Positions 13,724 to 27,599 are shown, numbered from the stretch's first letter. The stretch: DNA of 64,000 nt from Eledone cirrhosa (GCA_964016885.1 OZ024741.1:370264001-370328000); one strand, 5' to 3'. The notes: a model not told the origin generated them from the sequence alone. Made by a program: numbers and translations.

Positions 13724-16700
13724 TAGAGGGGGGGGGGGGGTTAATTTACAAATCTGCAGACTCAATTTCCGGGTGCCCCTTTAAAAAAATATGTAGTGAC
13801 CCATACCATTCACTGAAATCATACTAAAATATTTTCCTGAGGGCCGGAACCCCCCTGTACATACCCCCTGAAGTTGAGGATGGTCGAAAAGAAGGAAAAG
13901 TCCGCTATTATTGCACCTATACTCGATATTTTTTCGTCACAAGGGGGGTTTTGGGGGTCGATAAACTCATTTATGGTATTGTTTTTGCATTACGACCATC
14001 AAATATGCCGGAAATCCAGGATGCCGGATATGGGAAACTGTTATTGAACCAACTATTTTGACTAATATATCATTTTTCATGAATAGCATATTTTAAACGC
14101 ATTTCCGAAGACAAAATGAGCTTAACTCTAGTCTATGGCTTGAAAAAATTATTATGCATGATTCATTCATACATTATCATTGGTTTATTTTAAATTATAA
14201 TTGTTCAACAAATGATCTAAAGCATCTTTAAAGTCCTGAACAGTAGCATCCGTTTTGCAGCTGACTTTCTCCAGATAAACCCCCAGATTTCGCACGTAAG
14301 TATCCACATCTAGTTTCCAATAATTCCTTTTCAGTTTGAAAATATCGCTGGTTTTTGGTATCGATAGCGAAGTGTCCCTTGCATATCTAATTTCTAAATA
14401 CAACCTTTCTATTTTATCTGTTCCGAAGCTGTATCGCTCTCCATATATGTATCTATCTCCTCCTTTTTAGTGAAAGGACCACCTACAGATTTTAGATAAT
14501 CAAGGTCCTTGTTTCGTCGCTTGTCGATGGCGATATTGGCATTTTCCTTGGTTGCGAGGCCTTCGCGTGTCATCTCCTCCTGTTTTACAGTCCATGCTTT
14601 CATAATTTCAGGTATTTGGCCGCCTTTTCTAACCAACTTCCTGTATTTGACGAAAGACCCCGACGAATTTTCGATCAGGTCTTTAGCCTTCATCTTTACT
14701 TGAGATGAAGAAGCGGCGGCCAATTGTTTCGCGCCTCGGCGAGTCAATTCGTAATTAATAAAGCCCACGCCTCTTTCTGAATCGAGGTTGTGAATAGGCG
14801 CTTTTTCAAGTTTGGCAGTGTCCATCTTTGATAAGGCGTATGGAGAATCGCGAGCTTCCCCAAATCCGAATATGTCGCCCTTTTGCTTCTGGAAGCCATC
14901 ACCCAACTTCGGTAAGAGCACCTTTATGACTTTGAGTACATCATCTCTCAACTCGCAGGTCGCCGCATTTATCGCATCGCACATTTCGTCATCATATCGG
15001 ATCTGTCTGAAACGTTCTTCTGATACGAAACTCAAAGCTGGTAGGTCGGTAGATACTAATTTGCTGGGATCAATATGTATCAAATCCTCGTAGATCTTAT
15101 TGAATGCTATCGCCAGTTTGGGATAGTCCGTCGCTTGTGCAGTCGTGAGTGATAAGAATGGCTCTACATTGCAATCCGATGATAGCTCCACTGCAGAACA
15201 ACACCACACCCGGAAGATGTCCATATTCATGAAACAGCGCACTATGCACGCCAACTGGTTAGTTACATGCTCGAATTTCTGAACGTATGCGGCTACATCG
15301 TCTAGGTGATACAGCGTAACTGCACAAGTTATGGTAAGCCGATTGAACCGTTCATCTTTCAATGAAACGGACTTGTTTTTGCGTGGATGTATCAACGAGT
15401 CAAAATCATTCGCCTTGTTCCAATTTTTGTGGTCGAAATCATGGCATATCAATCTTGTTATACAGTCGAGCTCTTGCTCTGTGACGCTTGAGGCATTAGT
15501 AGTTGCATTCACTAGAAAACTCGAGAAGATTTTGTCTCTACCAATTTCGTTTTCCATTTCAGACCATGGCTTCGTCAAAACCCTGTTTAACATGAGGGAA
15601 GGATGAACATTACAGAAAAGGGGGTCTGGAACGTGTTTAGTCTCTAGTTTTTCAGCTCGGATCAACCTCGAAATTGTGTCATGTCAGATCAGTTATTGCA
15701 AAAGCAATTTTTTCGAAGAGCAATTTGACGGATACCTCACGTGCAGCTTCTAGTATGGACAAAACAGCCAATTTTAAATCAGCCAAGTTCTGTCGTGATT
15801 CAGACGCTATCGGTAACGTAGGGAGCGCTCTGTACTTTCCACCAACTGTCATGCCCTGTACACTGAAAGATCCAACACCTTGTTTTTTTGGACCCGTTGT
15901 CGTGATAGGTAATCACGCTGTAGGTATCTGAAGAAATGATTTCCTTAACTATGCAGTCCAGTGCCATCATTTCAATACTTTTTCCGCTCTCTCGAATATT
16001 ACGTTTATGAGGTAAAGTATCGAGATCGATCACTTCGATTTCGTTATGTAACTTCCATTTCTTGTCAAACAATTTATTTCCAACAACAACTATCGCGGCA
16101 TTACCTGGATTTCAGTTCATCGATAGTTTCGTATACTTCTGGCTTTATTATCCTCTCACTGATTCGTAGGTGTCTGAAACATGGGGGTAGAAGCTCATCT
16201 CCGAAGTCCAATGATGCCACAACATTACGCTTCTTAGGAACCGACGGAGCACTGTCAGATGAGAAATCAACGTCCGCAACTTGTTCGTTGTCTTCGGTAG
16301 AGTCCGAAGGCACATCCATAAATAATTGGATCATTTCTTGCTCTTTTTCAGCTCTCTGCATCTGTCTTTCCAAAGATTCAATGTCACTTTTCCTCCTTTT
16401 CATTGTCTTTTCCCACTTTTTATCTATGAAATTCTCACAAAACATTTCACGGTCCTTGCGCTGATCATGAAGGAATTCCCACTCATCGTCTGTCATGCTT
16501 ACTCCGTGGTAGTTTTCTAGTCTCTTCCTCACTACGGCCTTCTCGCAGAATATATCAAATATATAATCCACTTAGTTGTTAAATTTTTTAACCTCCTCCA
16601 AGTATTTTTCATTTCTCCTGTTCTTCCTCGTTTGATATAGTCGTTGAAATTCTGCATATAATTGAAGTATTTTCCGTTTTATATGTTTTATCGTCACTGT

Positions 16701-17443
16701 ATATACGTTACAGAAATTCCACTGTTCTGATAGCACATATGAGAGGGACAATGCTGCTTCTTTTTTTGATCTCTGACTCTGGCCTGCTCGTGATGGTCGA
16801 ATTAGATACATCATGTTCGTGATAACATTCCTTTTTGTGGGTAGAAGTCCATTGGGGAATCCTGCAGTTTCCACATATTCCAGTTCACCGAGAATCTTCT
16901 TCGCGGACGATCGCAATGGTAATTGTGTGTGCCTGTATGCCATTTCAAAACTTGGACGTTAATCTGAAAGTACGAAAGATATGGTGCATGTGAGATCACG
17001 GGGAAATACAGGTTCGGCTAAAGAACGAAGCAATAACGAATTCGGTAGACGTTAAACATGAGAAACTATTTATTACATGAGACAACATAACTCTCGCAGT
17101 GAAAAATTATTGTACCCGCCATATCGAATTTTGGTCGCCATCTTGGATTTTGGTCGCTATCCTGGATTTCCGGCATATTGGATGGTCGTAATGGAAAAAC
17201 AATACCATAAATGAGTTTATCGACCCCCCCCCCCCCCCAAACCACCATTGTGACGAAAAGAATCGAGTATAAGTGCAATAATAGCGGACTTTTCCTTCTT
17301 TTCGACCATCCTCAACTTCAGGAGGTATGTTCCGGCCCTCGGGAAATTTTTTTAGTATGATTTCAGTGAATGGTATGGGTCACTACATATTTTAAAGGGG
17401 GCCCGGAAAAATCCATATTTATCACTCCCCCCCCCCCCCCCTA
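13724..17443 (-). mobile_element. hAT-superfamily-like (hATw-type) DNA transposon, full-length but decayed
   Basis: TAG...CTA termini; ~290-bp imperfect TIRs (13724-14022 / 17159-17443); 7-bp TSD CTTTTAT at 13717-13723 and 17444-17450, supported by an empty paralogous site near 17961. Confidence 0.85.
14185..16943 (-). pseudogene. Transposase pseudogene (split ORFs 16572-16943, 16101-16571, 15800-16072, 14409-15665, 14185-14403)
   Basis: Collinear ORF pieces between the TIRs with in-frame stops and frameshifts; motifs LLPTKRNV, IFDIFC, YHDNGSKK, PIHNLDSERG. Subgroup assignment is an inference from termini and TSD length. Confidence 0.75.
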
Positions 17444-18039
17444 CTTTTATATTCAATTATATTACACGGCTCACAATATCCTCTTTCTTTCTAGCTATTT
17501 TATTGTAAGAGACTATTTTGAGTTTCTAACTCAATATATACCTTTGATATAGTCGGCTCTATCAATTTTGTAGAGATAATTTAAATGTTCTGTAAACTTG
17601 GCTGCTATTTTTAGTAGCGTACGTTTATGAGACACGCTAGGTTCTGATGCCATGTGCGTTATTTTATATTCGCACACTATTCAGTCTTTTGAGATACTTA
17701 GAAGTGAAGGGTTTACTAATTTTACACCCACCGATGAGCAAAGAATTGATAATTCCCTTCGCTAAAATTGCGAAACAACCTACTAAAGCAGTCTGGATGT
17801 TAGGCAGTTGCCCAATATCGGTTTGTATTTCTTTTCTTGATTTATTGTTTTAAATTGAGTCTGGCAAACTCTATTATTAATAGTTGGCATTTTTTTCACC
17901 CTAGAGAATCTGGTCCCTTGCAATTTGAATATATATATGTTTATATCTGTGTTTATCTCTCTTTTATATTCAATTATATTAGACGGCTCAGAAAAACCTT
18001 TTCTTTCTAGCTATTTAATTGTAAGAAACTATTTTGAGT

Positions 18040-18079
18040 TTTGCTTAAACTTTAATCTGTTATTTTAATAAATAAATAA

Positions 18080-18143
<64 letters not shown>

Positions 18144-18400
18144 GTTATTCGGGTTGAATCGGAGGTAACCACAGTAAGTAAGGTACTCAATACATAACAG
18201 AGTATAGAAGTTTTAATATAGATGAGATTCTACAGGACTAGAACTGTTTCATTCTTTAGAAATCATCAAGAATCCTGATGATTTCTAAAGAATGAAACAG
18301 TTCTAGTCCTGTAGAATCTCATCTATATTAAAACTTTTATACTCTGTTATGTATTGAGTACCTTACTTACTGTGGTTACCTCCGATTCAACCCGAATAAC

Positions 18401-18474
<74 letters not shown>

Positions 18475-18510
18475 TTATTTATTAAAATAACAGATTAAAG
18501 TTTAAGCAAA
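18040..18510. mobile_element. Near-perfect head-to-head palindrome of family-A cassette, extending through TA tracts into the flank
   Basis: 18143-18401 mirrors around ~18272; flanks 18040-18084 and ~18471-18510 are also reverse complements. Confidence 0.9.
18275..18318 (+). ncRNA. Hammerhead core, family A (mirror copy on minus strand 18226-18274)
   Basis: CTGATGA-tttct aa agaat-GAAA-CAG ttctagtc CTG-TA-GAATC. The minus copy has the stem-I partner GATTC but a TTGATGA core. Confidence 0.75.
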
Positions 18511-18618
18511 GAATCGGTGCTTTCACGCTTGTGTGTGTGTGAGTGTGTGTGCATGTGTGTGCGTGTGTGTATGTGCGTGAGTCTGTATTGGCTTGTGCGT
18601 GTGTATATATATATGTAT

Positions 18619-18649
<31 letters not shown>

Positions 18650-19100
18650 GCGAATAAAATTCCCGAGATCCATGGACAAGTTCTCTCCAGCGGTCTCTGT
18701 CCCTCATTATCGCTGCCATGTCCTGCGTCTCCAACAGACCAGTGTCTGTCCTTAGGGCATCAACATACGTTAACCTTGGTCTTCCTCTTCCAGTGTGTTC
18801 TTGTAGGCGCTCCCACAGGAGCACTGAGTGCAATGTCAACTCTGGATGTCGGTGAGCATGTCCAGCTAACCTCAGTCTCCTCTGTGTCACTTTTGAGCTG
18901 ACTTTTGGGAGGCTCCCATACAGCTCTGAGTTTTTCATCCTCAGTGTATACTGATTAATGTTCAGAGCCATCCTCAGCATTCTCGTGTAGCACCCCTCCA
19001 CCATCTGATTGAGTTTCTTGGTCAGTGTCCAAGTCTCAGACCCGTACAGCAGCACAGACTCCACTACAGCAATGAAGAGGCGGATTTTCAGGTCTTTACG
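18650..19100 (-). mobile_element. RTE-clade LINE 3' fragment
   Basis: ESVLLYGSETWTLTKK...RRLRLAGHAHRH...GRGRPRLTYVD...DRDRWR; ends at a TA tract. Confidence 0.85.
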
Positions 19101-19145
19101 AATGAGTTAGTCGGCCGGGTGTACCGAAATATATATATATATACA

Positions 19146-19935
19146 TATATAAATTTTAGTACAGCATAGACGAAGCTCTAGTATACGGCCAAGCTAGCGT
19201 GTATGCTTATTCGGTTTGTAGCTTTAGCACTCATATGAGGTAAGACCCCATTATGTTCAGACAGCTTAGCAAATTAAATATAGCAGTCGGCAGTCCGACC
19301 GCATCACTAGAGCAACGAAAATACAGGACCCAGGTAAAGATTTTTTACTGACCTGGACATAACGCTGAGGCTGGGTGTAAAATATACAATCCACATGGTG
19401 TTTCCACAATATTGATCGCAAAATCGCACGCAGTGACAGCGCTAAGTTTCTGCAAATCCATGATCGACAAATTCCTATTGCAGGAGTCTGCAATATAATG
19501 GTTTTTGACGACAGAACATAGGATTTACTTCTTCAGCAAGACTTTCGTTCTTAGCCAAAGCGGGTATGCTGTGACTTCAAAGGTCGCCACAGACACATGG
19601 TTTTGTTCGAAGGGAGGTAACACCCGCTTAGGCGGTGTATTCTAATTTGAGATAAAGAAATGAATCCCCTTATTCAAACTGAATAAAGCACTCGACGAGA
19701 AGTTATCAAACAAACTTAAACAATTAATTAATCAATAGAATCATCAAATAAAATTAATCAGTTAATCGTTAATTATAGGAGTAAATATAAATTTTAGTAC
19801 AGCATAGACGAAGCTCTAGTATACGGCCAAGCTAGCGTATATGCTTATTCGGTTTGTAGCTTTAGCACTCATATGAGGTAAGACCCCCAGAATATGAAAT
19901 TATGTTCAGACAGCTTAGCAAATTAGATATAGCAG
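19146..19935. repeat. ~790-bp unit bounded by ~140-150-bp direct repeats
   Basis: 19146-19286 approximates 19785-19935 (second copy has an ~11-bp insertion). Confidence 0.85.
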
Positions 19936-19943
19936 ATATATAT

Positions 19944-20077
19944 CTGATGATTTCTAAAGAATGAAACAGTTCTAGTCCTATAGAATCTCATCTATATTAA
20001 AACTTTTATACTCTGCTATGTATTGAGTACCTTACTTACTGTGGTTACCTCCGATTCAACCCGGAATAACGTAACTA

Positions 20078-20122
<45 letters not shown>

Positions 20123-20310
20123 GTTATTCCGGGTTGAATCGGAGGTAACCACAGTAAGTAAGGTACTCAATACATAGCAGAGTATAACAGTTTTAATATA
20201 GATGAGATTCTACAGGACTAGAACTGTTTCATTCATTAGAAATCATCAGGAATCTGATGATTTCTAATGAATGAAACAGTTCTAGTCCTGTAGAATCTCA
20301 TCTATATTAA

Positions 20311-20314
<4 letters not shown>
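19944..20314. mobile_element. Cluster of family-A hammerhead cassettes (forward copy, TA tract, asymmetric palindrome)
   Basis: Forward copy 19944-20075; palindrome 20122-20314 centred at ~20251. Confidence 0.85.
20206..20254 (-). ncRNA. Complete minimal type-I hammerhead, family A
   Basis: Minus strand reads GATTC-CTGATGA-tttctaatgaat-GAAA-CAG ttctagtc CTG-TA-GAATC (GUA cleavage triplet). Confidence 0.85.
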
Positions 20315-20370
<56 letters not shown>

Positions 20371-20594
20371 CAGGTCTGTTTTTAGCATTTATTTTGTTTG
20401 ACCTGTTTAGCTTGATTTGTTTTATGGTTTAGGTGGTTAATGCCTTCTTGACCACTTTTTCAGTTTGTATGGCGTTTTAACATATTGTTTAGCTCTGGTT
20501 TTTTAACTATGGAACGCTTGCCAGCATAACTCTGATTTTGTTGTTCGTTTCGCTTTTTCTACCCGCCGAAATGCGATTCTCGGTGAATTTATAT

Positions 20595-23500
20595 TTATAT
20601 ATATATATATAAAACGGTAGATGTGTGTCTGTGTGTGTGTATGATTTTTATGCATTTCCACATTTCTCTACCGATTTTGATGAATTATTTTCCAATGTGC
20701 TCCAAATTTACTAGGGCAGGGCAACACCTAATTATTTTTGGCAAAAATGTCCTGCTTCTATGAAAAATATCGATAAAACTAAATACATGCTGTAACCCTC
20801 TCTCTTACACGCTTCATTCCTCTCACTACTACCATCAAAAATATATGAAACTACATACATGTTGCAACTCTCTTTAAAAGGTTCATATTTTCCTCTACTC
20901 CACTCTCAATCTCCTCTGCAACTCTCTTTAAAAGGTTACTGCCTCCGTCTACTACCCTATCAGCATTACAATTTAGAACGACAAAACTTCTTTTGAAGGA
21001 ACGCGACACAAACTTTGAAACCTAAGCAACACAACAACCATAACTTTACTCTCTCCGTCGCTCTTCCCTCTCTCTACAATAGATTATTCCCCTCTCTACA
21101 GTCATAACGATACTCATACATCAAATATCAAAATTTAAAAAGCCGATAACACTAAATACATACTGCTCTCTCAACGTTACATTTTACATCAAATAACAAA
21201 TATTCAAAAGCAACAGATGAATTTATAAAACAACAAACGTAACAATAACGACATCTCTATAATATAACTGCTTTACTCTCTCTGTCTCTCTTCACTCCCT
21301 ATATGATAACACTGCAGAGAGAGAAACAATGTATATGATCAAATGGAGCGTTCCGTATATTCCCCCTCTCTATAATTTAACTGCTTTACTCTCTCTGTCG
21401 CTCTTTACTCCCTATATGAAAGACAACACTGCAGTGGAGCGTTCCGTATTGAGCGTTCCGTATTGACATACGGCTTATCTGGGGCATTTTCAATCGGCTT
21501 ATTGCAAATAACAACTCGCAAAATAATACTTCATATAACAGATTAATGCTATAGACATATGAATCGGAATGTAACCCGTGAACTTTTTCCTGGTCAAAAT
21601 TATTCGAACAGACATGACCTCATTGCCAGAGTGTTCAGACTGAAACTGGCTAAACTCATGGCTTTAATCAAAAAGGTCAGGTATTTGGGGCTGTAAAATG
21701 TGACATGTTCACCGTCGAATGGCAAAAACGAGGGCTGTCACATGCTCACATTTTGATTTGGTTAGCTGATAAAATCAATTCAAATGCCATAGACAGCTTC
21801 ATTTCGGCTGAAAACTCAGCAACTGACCAGGAATTACATGACATCGTCAAAGCTAACATGGTCCGTGTGCCTCGGGTCCTAATGAGCATCACACGTGTCT
21901 GAAGGGGGGGGGGGTCGTGCAGTAAGGGATACTCCAAAAGATTTGTTGACGAGACTCAAACTGGTGGCGATGGGTACCCCCTGTACAGACGGAGACGGCC
22001 CGAGAACGGTGTCTTCACCACAACAGTAAAGGGAGGTCAAGTCGGCAATAGATGGGTAGTCCCTTACTGCCCGCTTCTCTTGAAGATGTTCAACGCCCAC
22101 ATCAACGTTGAGTTTTGCAACTCCGTCAAGTCTATAAAATACATATGCAAATATGTAAATAAGGGCTCTGATGAGGTCACAGAATACCTGGCGGGGCGGT
22201 ACATCAGTAGCAATGAAGCTTTTTGGCGCCTATTTGGTTTCCCCCTACACCAACGGCACCCCGCCATCGTACAGCTTGCGGTACATTTGGAAAATGGGCA
22301 AAGGGTTTACATTACGGACCAAACCGCCGCCAAGCTGGCCGCCGATCCGAAAGAGACCACTCTGACGGGTTTCTTCAAACTTTGCCAGTTCGATACATTT
22401 GCGCAAACAATTGTGTACCCCCAGGTTCCATCCGACTTTATATGGTCGAAAAACACTTGGGTGCGAAGAAAGTCAGGTCAGGCTGTTGAAAGACATCCTG
22501 GTGTAAAATTTGACAGCTGTCTTGGAAGGGTTTACACTGTGGCCCCAAGTCAGCATGAGTGCTTTCATATCCCCCTTCTGCATGAAGTTGTAGGCCCACA
22601 AAGTTTTCAGGACCTCAAAACTGTTGATGGAGAAATATGTGATACGTACCGGGAAGCCTGCTTTAAGCGTGGTCTTTTGGAAGATGATTCGCAATGGGAT
22701 TCCACTTTAGCAGAGGGTGCTTTGTTGAAATCACCTAAAGGTCTACGGGAACTCTTTGCCATTTTGCTTCAAAAGTGTGAATTGGATGATCCCAAATCGT
22801 TATGGGTCAAGTACAGAGACTTCATGTCTGAGGATTTCCTGCGCCTGGCTCATCTGCAGTATCCTTCAGTGGAAGTTGCTTACAGCGACATTATCTACAA
22901 CAGGGCACTCATTGATATCGCGGACGCCCTCCTCGACATGGGTGGGCGTGAGTTCGCGACGTATGGCTTGCCGTCAACCGTCACAGATGAAGCTAACATG
23001 TTGGCCCCGGATTTGTTGCGGGAAACGGCATATGACATCGAATCTCTTTCCCAATACTTAGAGGAAAATGAGCCCAAACGTCTGTCGGACCAAAGGTTGG
23101 CCTATTTAACTATCATTGACGCGGTTCAAAATCAGACTGGGGTATTTACTTTCTCGATGCTCCTGGGGGTACCGGAAAAACTTTTGTAACAAAATTGATT
23201 CCAGCTAAGATTCGTCAGGAGAAAAAAATTGCGTTGGCTGTTGCATCGTCCGGGATCGCTGCTACTTTGCTGCCGAGAGGCAGGACAGCACATTCAACCT
23301 TTAAACTCCCCTTGGTTTTAGTAAAAACTGAGACACCAACATGCAATATCAGCAACAGCTCACACGAAGCTCTGGTTCTCAAAAAATGTTGCCTCATTGT
23401 TTGGGATGAGTGCACAATGGCGCACAAGGGTGCCCTTGAGGCATTGGACGGGACCCTGAAAGACATTAGGGATTCTACGCTCCTATTATGGGTGGCGTAA

Positions 23501-24724
23501 CCCTTCTACTATCTGGGGATTTTCGGCAAACGCTGCCTGTCATCCCCAAAGGGACAAGAGTTGATGAAGTGCTTGCCTGCTTTAAGTCATCCACGTTGTG
23601 GCCCCAGGTGAAGACTTTGTACCTGAGCACAAAGTGACAACATGTCTGCAGCATTTGCTCAGAACATTTTAGCACTTGGTGAGGGCAAGGTCCTTGCGGA
23701 TGACAAGGGCGGCATAGCAATCGACTCCCTATGCAACATTGTGAGCAGCCCCTTTGACCTTTGGGAGGCAGTTTTTTCTAATGTCTCATCTAACTTTAAA
23801 AACTTCGATTGGCTCAGCGAAAGAGCCATCCTTGCTCCGAAAAATTTTATTAACGAGCAGCTGATTGAGAAAATTCCCGGTAAAGAGCACATCTTCAAAT
23901 CTATCAGACCCCGACGATATCGTTAATTATCCGGTTGAGTTATTAAATTCCCTTAAGCCTCCAGGGCTCCCACCTCACATTTTTAAGCTTAGGGTTGGCT
24001 GTCTCATTATGCTAATAAGGAACTTGCGCCCACCAAAGCAGTGCAACGGTAATCGCATGGTCGTCAAGTCAATGACGCCCCACTTGATTGAGGCCACCAT
24101 TGTAACGGGGTGCGGGAGAGGGGAGAATGATTTCATTCTAAGGATGAACCTTTTCCCCTCGGCGTCAGATATTCCGTTCGATTTCCGGCGATCCCAATTC
24201 CCAATGAGACCATATTTTGCCATGTCCATTAACAAGTCACAAGGGCAAACATTGTCGGTGGCGGGCATCCATTTGGGGGAGCCATGCTTCTCCCATGGTC
24301 AACTTTATGTTGCCTGTTCCCACGTAGGGAGCAGGAATGCACTTTTTACTTACACTCCTCAAGGGATGACACGCAATATCGTCTACAAAGAGGTTCTATA
24401 GATGTTTTTGCAGGTGTTGGGGGTGTTGTAGCTATGCCGTCTGGAAAACTATTTCCTGGAGGGGTCACCAATGGCGGACAGATCTGACACCCAGCGGCAT
24501 CAGGGCCACCATATTGCAACTTTGGTCTGCTAAATTCGCTATTGGAAGATTATTAACCCACCATTCATTGTCCAAAATGCTAATTGGTTCGTAACTTTTA
24601 ATAACCGGTTCAACTGCTTTATGTACTTAATTGATAAGCTTATTCGCTTTCAAGCCACGTTTAGCTGTATGTAACTTTTCATAGCAAATGAATAAACCTG
24701 AGCAACGCCGGGCTAAACTGCTAG
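20595..24724 (+). mobile_element. Helitron (decayed, internally deleted)
   Basis: Rep and Pif1 helicase remnants; 3' hairpin CCTGAGCAACGCCGGG followed by terminal CTAG at 24721-24724; 5' boundary approximate. Confidence 0.9.
21560..24401 (+). pseudogene. Helitron Rep/Helicase pseudogene
   Basis: EWQKRGLSHAHIL (HUH), YICKYVNKG (Y2), LDAPGGTGKTF, VASSGIAATLL, VWDECTM, SGDFRQTLPV, FAMSINKSQGQT across frameshifted ORFs. Confidence 0.92.
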
Positions 24725-24725
24725 G

Positions 24726-24825
<100 letters not shown>

Positions 24826-24853
24826 ATATATATCCGTACATACACCCCCCCCC

Positions 24854-24894
<41 letters not shown>

Positions 24895-24897
<3 letters not shown>

Positions 24898-26613
24898 GCC
24901 ACGGAACACCCGCCACTCTCCTCAGGGTCGAACAACGAACCGTCTTCACCCTACAGACCCACACTCCCCCCGGCCTGAACTACCCACCCTTATTCCTTTA
25001 GCCTTCGACCGCCCCTCCCTCCACACATATCCCCCACTAACACTACTAACACACCCCTCCTTTTCACCGCCCACCCCACAACTAACAATACTAACACCTC
25101 CACCCCACACCCGACCATCCTTCCCCAACTAACATACTAACATCCCTCCCTTCTTCTCCCCACTCCCCTTATCACACGCACACACCCACTGGTACATATA
25201 TACACGCGCTCACACTAAACACACACCCTACTACCAACACTAGCCCTCACCCCCACACATCCACCCCACCACCCCGCAACTAACATCACTAACACCCCCC
25301 GACCCCACGCACACGAACACACACACCCACTTACACCACCCACTCTACACGCCACTAACATCACTAACACCCCCAACCCTACGCACACGAACACACACAC
25401 CCTCTTACACCACCCACTCTACACACCCTACCACCACTGACCCCCACTCACACCCGCATTCAACCCTTTCCCCACCTCCAGTATACTAACACCCACTAAC
25501 ACCTCCTTCACCACACACACACTCATCCAAACACGCACACACACACCAGTACACTACACTCCCTCCACCGGCCCCCACACCCTTCTCTCCCCGCTCCACC
25601 CAGACCCTTTCTCACACACACACACATCCCACTAATACCTCTACTAATACACCCCCCTCCCACTCCAACTTTCACACCTACCCTTCCTCTCCCCTGTCCA
25701 CCGCACCTCCACACACACTGACACACCGACTTTCTACACTTACCATTCTACCCGACTGCTGCTATGCCCTTATCTCTGATCACCTCCCCGCACACACATA
25801 CACACAACCCTCCTCCTGCCTTGACCCTCTGACGACTTCCTGTTGCGCGCGCACCCCACATTTCCCCTCTTCCAACCACGGATTACACATATTGAACATC
25901 GATCCCTAGAATCCACCACATCCCAAGGATATTACCCAGCATTCCACCACATCCTCTACGGAACTACATTAAGGACTCACCCACTGACATACAATCAAAA
26001 AAAAGTTTTTTTCCCACACGCCACCTACATCCACAACACGCATAAACACCACACACACATGTACGCACCACCACATATTTACACACTCAGCCTCCGGAAT
26101 CCTCTCTCCCCACCCCTCTCACCCCTCCCTATCCACACACGCACACACACTCCGACCTACACCCCACCCCACGCACACCTCTTCCTGAACATGCAACCCC
26201 GTTCTTCCCCAACTCTTACTTTCACATACACACACACACACGTACACCTACACATACACACCACCTTCAGCCCTCCCCGCTCAGACACCCCTCCTCCCTC
26301 TCCTCTCTCCACCCGCGATCACCCCTACACGCCCCACACCCTTCCACCACCTGTTTTACTTCATGTTTATTTTTATTTTTATTATGCTTTTAGATTTAAT
26401 TTCATTTGTACCGTTTCCTCTCACCCCCTTTTTGCTATATGTCTCTCCACCACTCCCCTACACACCCTTGGAACTCTCTTCCCACACACTTTTCACCTGA
26501 AGAAGGGTTATGCCCGAAACGTCGTTCCCCACCCCCACCCCACTCTCAAGAGCGTGAAACTAATAAACGTTTGTTCGTACTGCCTCTCTGTTTTGTTCCC
26601 GTTCAATTTTTAG
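24895..26613 (+). mobile_element. C/A-rich TA-flanked element ending in a hammerhead-bearing terminal repeat (family E; probable PLE derivative)
   Basis: Very G-poor strand with recurring CACTAACACCC-like motifs; CTGAAGA-a-GGGttatgCCC-GAAAC-GTC at 26497-26523; AATAAA near the end. Confidence 0.55.
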
Positions 26614-26618
26614 CTATG

Positions 26619-26715
<97 letters not shown>

Positions 26716-26752
26716 TATATATATATACTATATATACTATATATATATATAC

Positions 26753-26788
<36 letters not shown>

Positions 26789-26825
26789 GTATATATATAA
26801 TATATATATATATAGTATATTTATA

Positions 26826-26859
<34 letters not shown>

Positions 26860-26923
26860 TATATATATATATAGTATATATAGTATATATGTATATATAT
26901 ATATATATAGTATATATATATAT

Positions 26924-26954
<31 letters not shown>

Positions 26955-26985
26955 GTATATATATAGTATATATAGTATATATATA

Positions 26986-27071
<86 letters not shown>

Positions 27072-27128
27072 TCACTTCTACGACCTTCTCTGTTTTCAAC
27101 GGAAATTTCAATACGTATATATATATAT

Positions 27129-27550
27129 AATATAAGATCAAAAGATGGTTAAAAGAGTTCCATGTACTTTATTATGCGCATTTCAAAAACAAATATCATC
27201 ATGCAATAACATTTGTGTTTTCATCAGATAAAATAGGAAGACATGATATGAAGGTTAAAAAACATTTTTAGATAGTGCAGTTTGAAATCAACATATGTTG
27301 ATTTAAAACTGCACTATGCACAAGTGTTTTTTAACCTTCATATCATGTCTTCCTATTTTATCTGATGAAAACACAAATGTTATTGCATGATGATATTTGT
27401 TTTTGAAATGCGCATAATAAAATACATGGAACTCTTTTAACCATCTTTTGATCTTATATATTATATATACTCCAGTCCTACAAACTGTAGAGTGCTTCTT
27501 ATCCGATATCTGCATTGCTTTATTGTACTACAATAAAACTCACCTCCTAC

Positions 27551-27552
<2 letters not shown>
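27129..27552. mobile_element. Head-to-head palindromic cassette, family F
   Basis: Arms mirror around ACATATGT (27291-27298); the right arm continues as a unique tail to the TA tract at ~27553. Confidence 0.85.
27354..27424 (+). ncRNA. Type-I hammerhead ribozyme, family F (mirror copy minus 27165-27235)
   Basis: TATTTTAT-CTGATGA-aaacacaaatgtta ttgcatga tgatatttgttttt-GAAA-TGCGCA (palindrome)-TA-ATAAAATA; 8-bp stem I. Confidence 0.88.
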
Positions 27553-27594
<42 letters not shown>

Positions 27595-27599
27595 TATAG

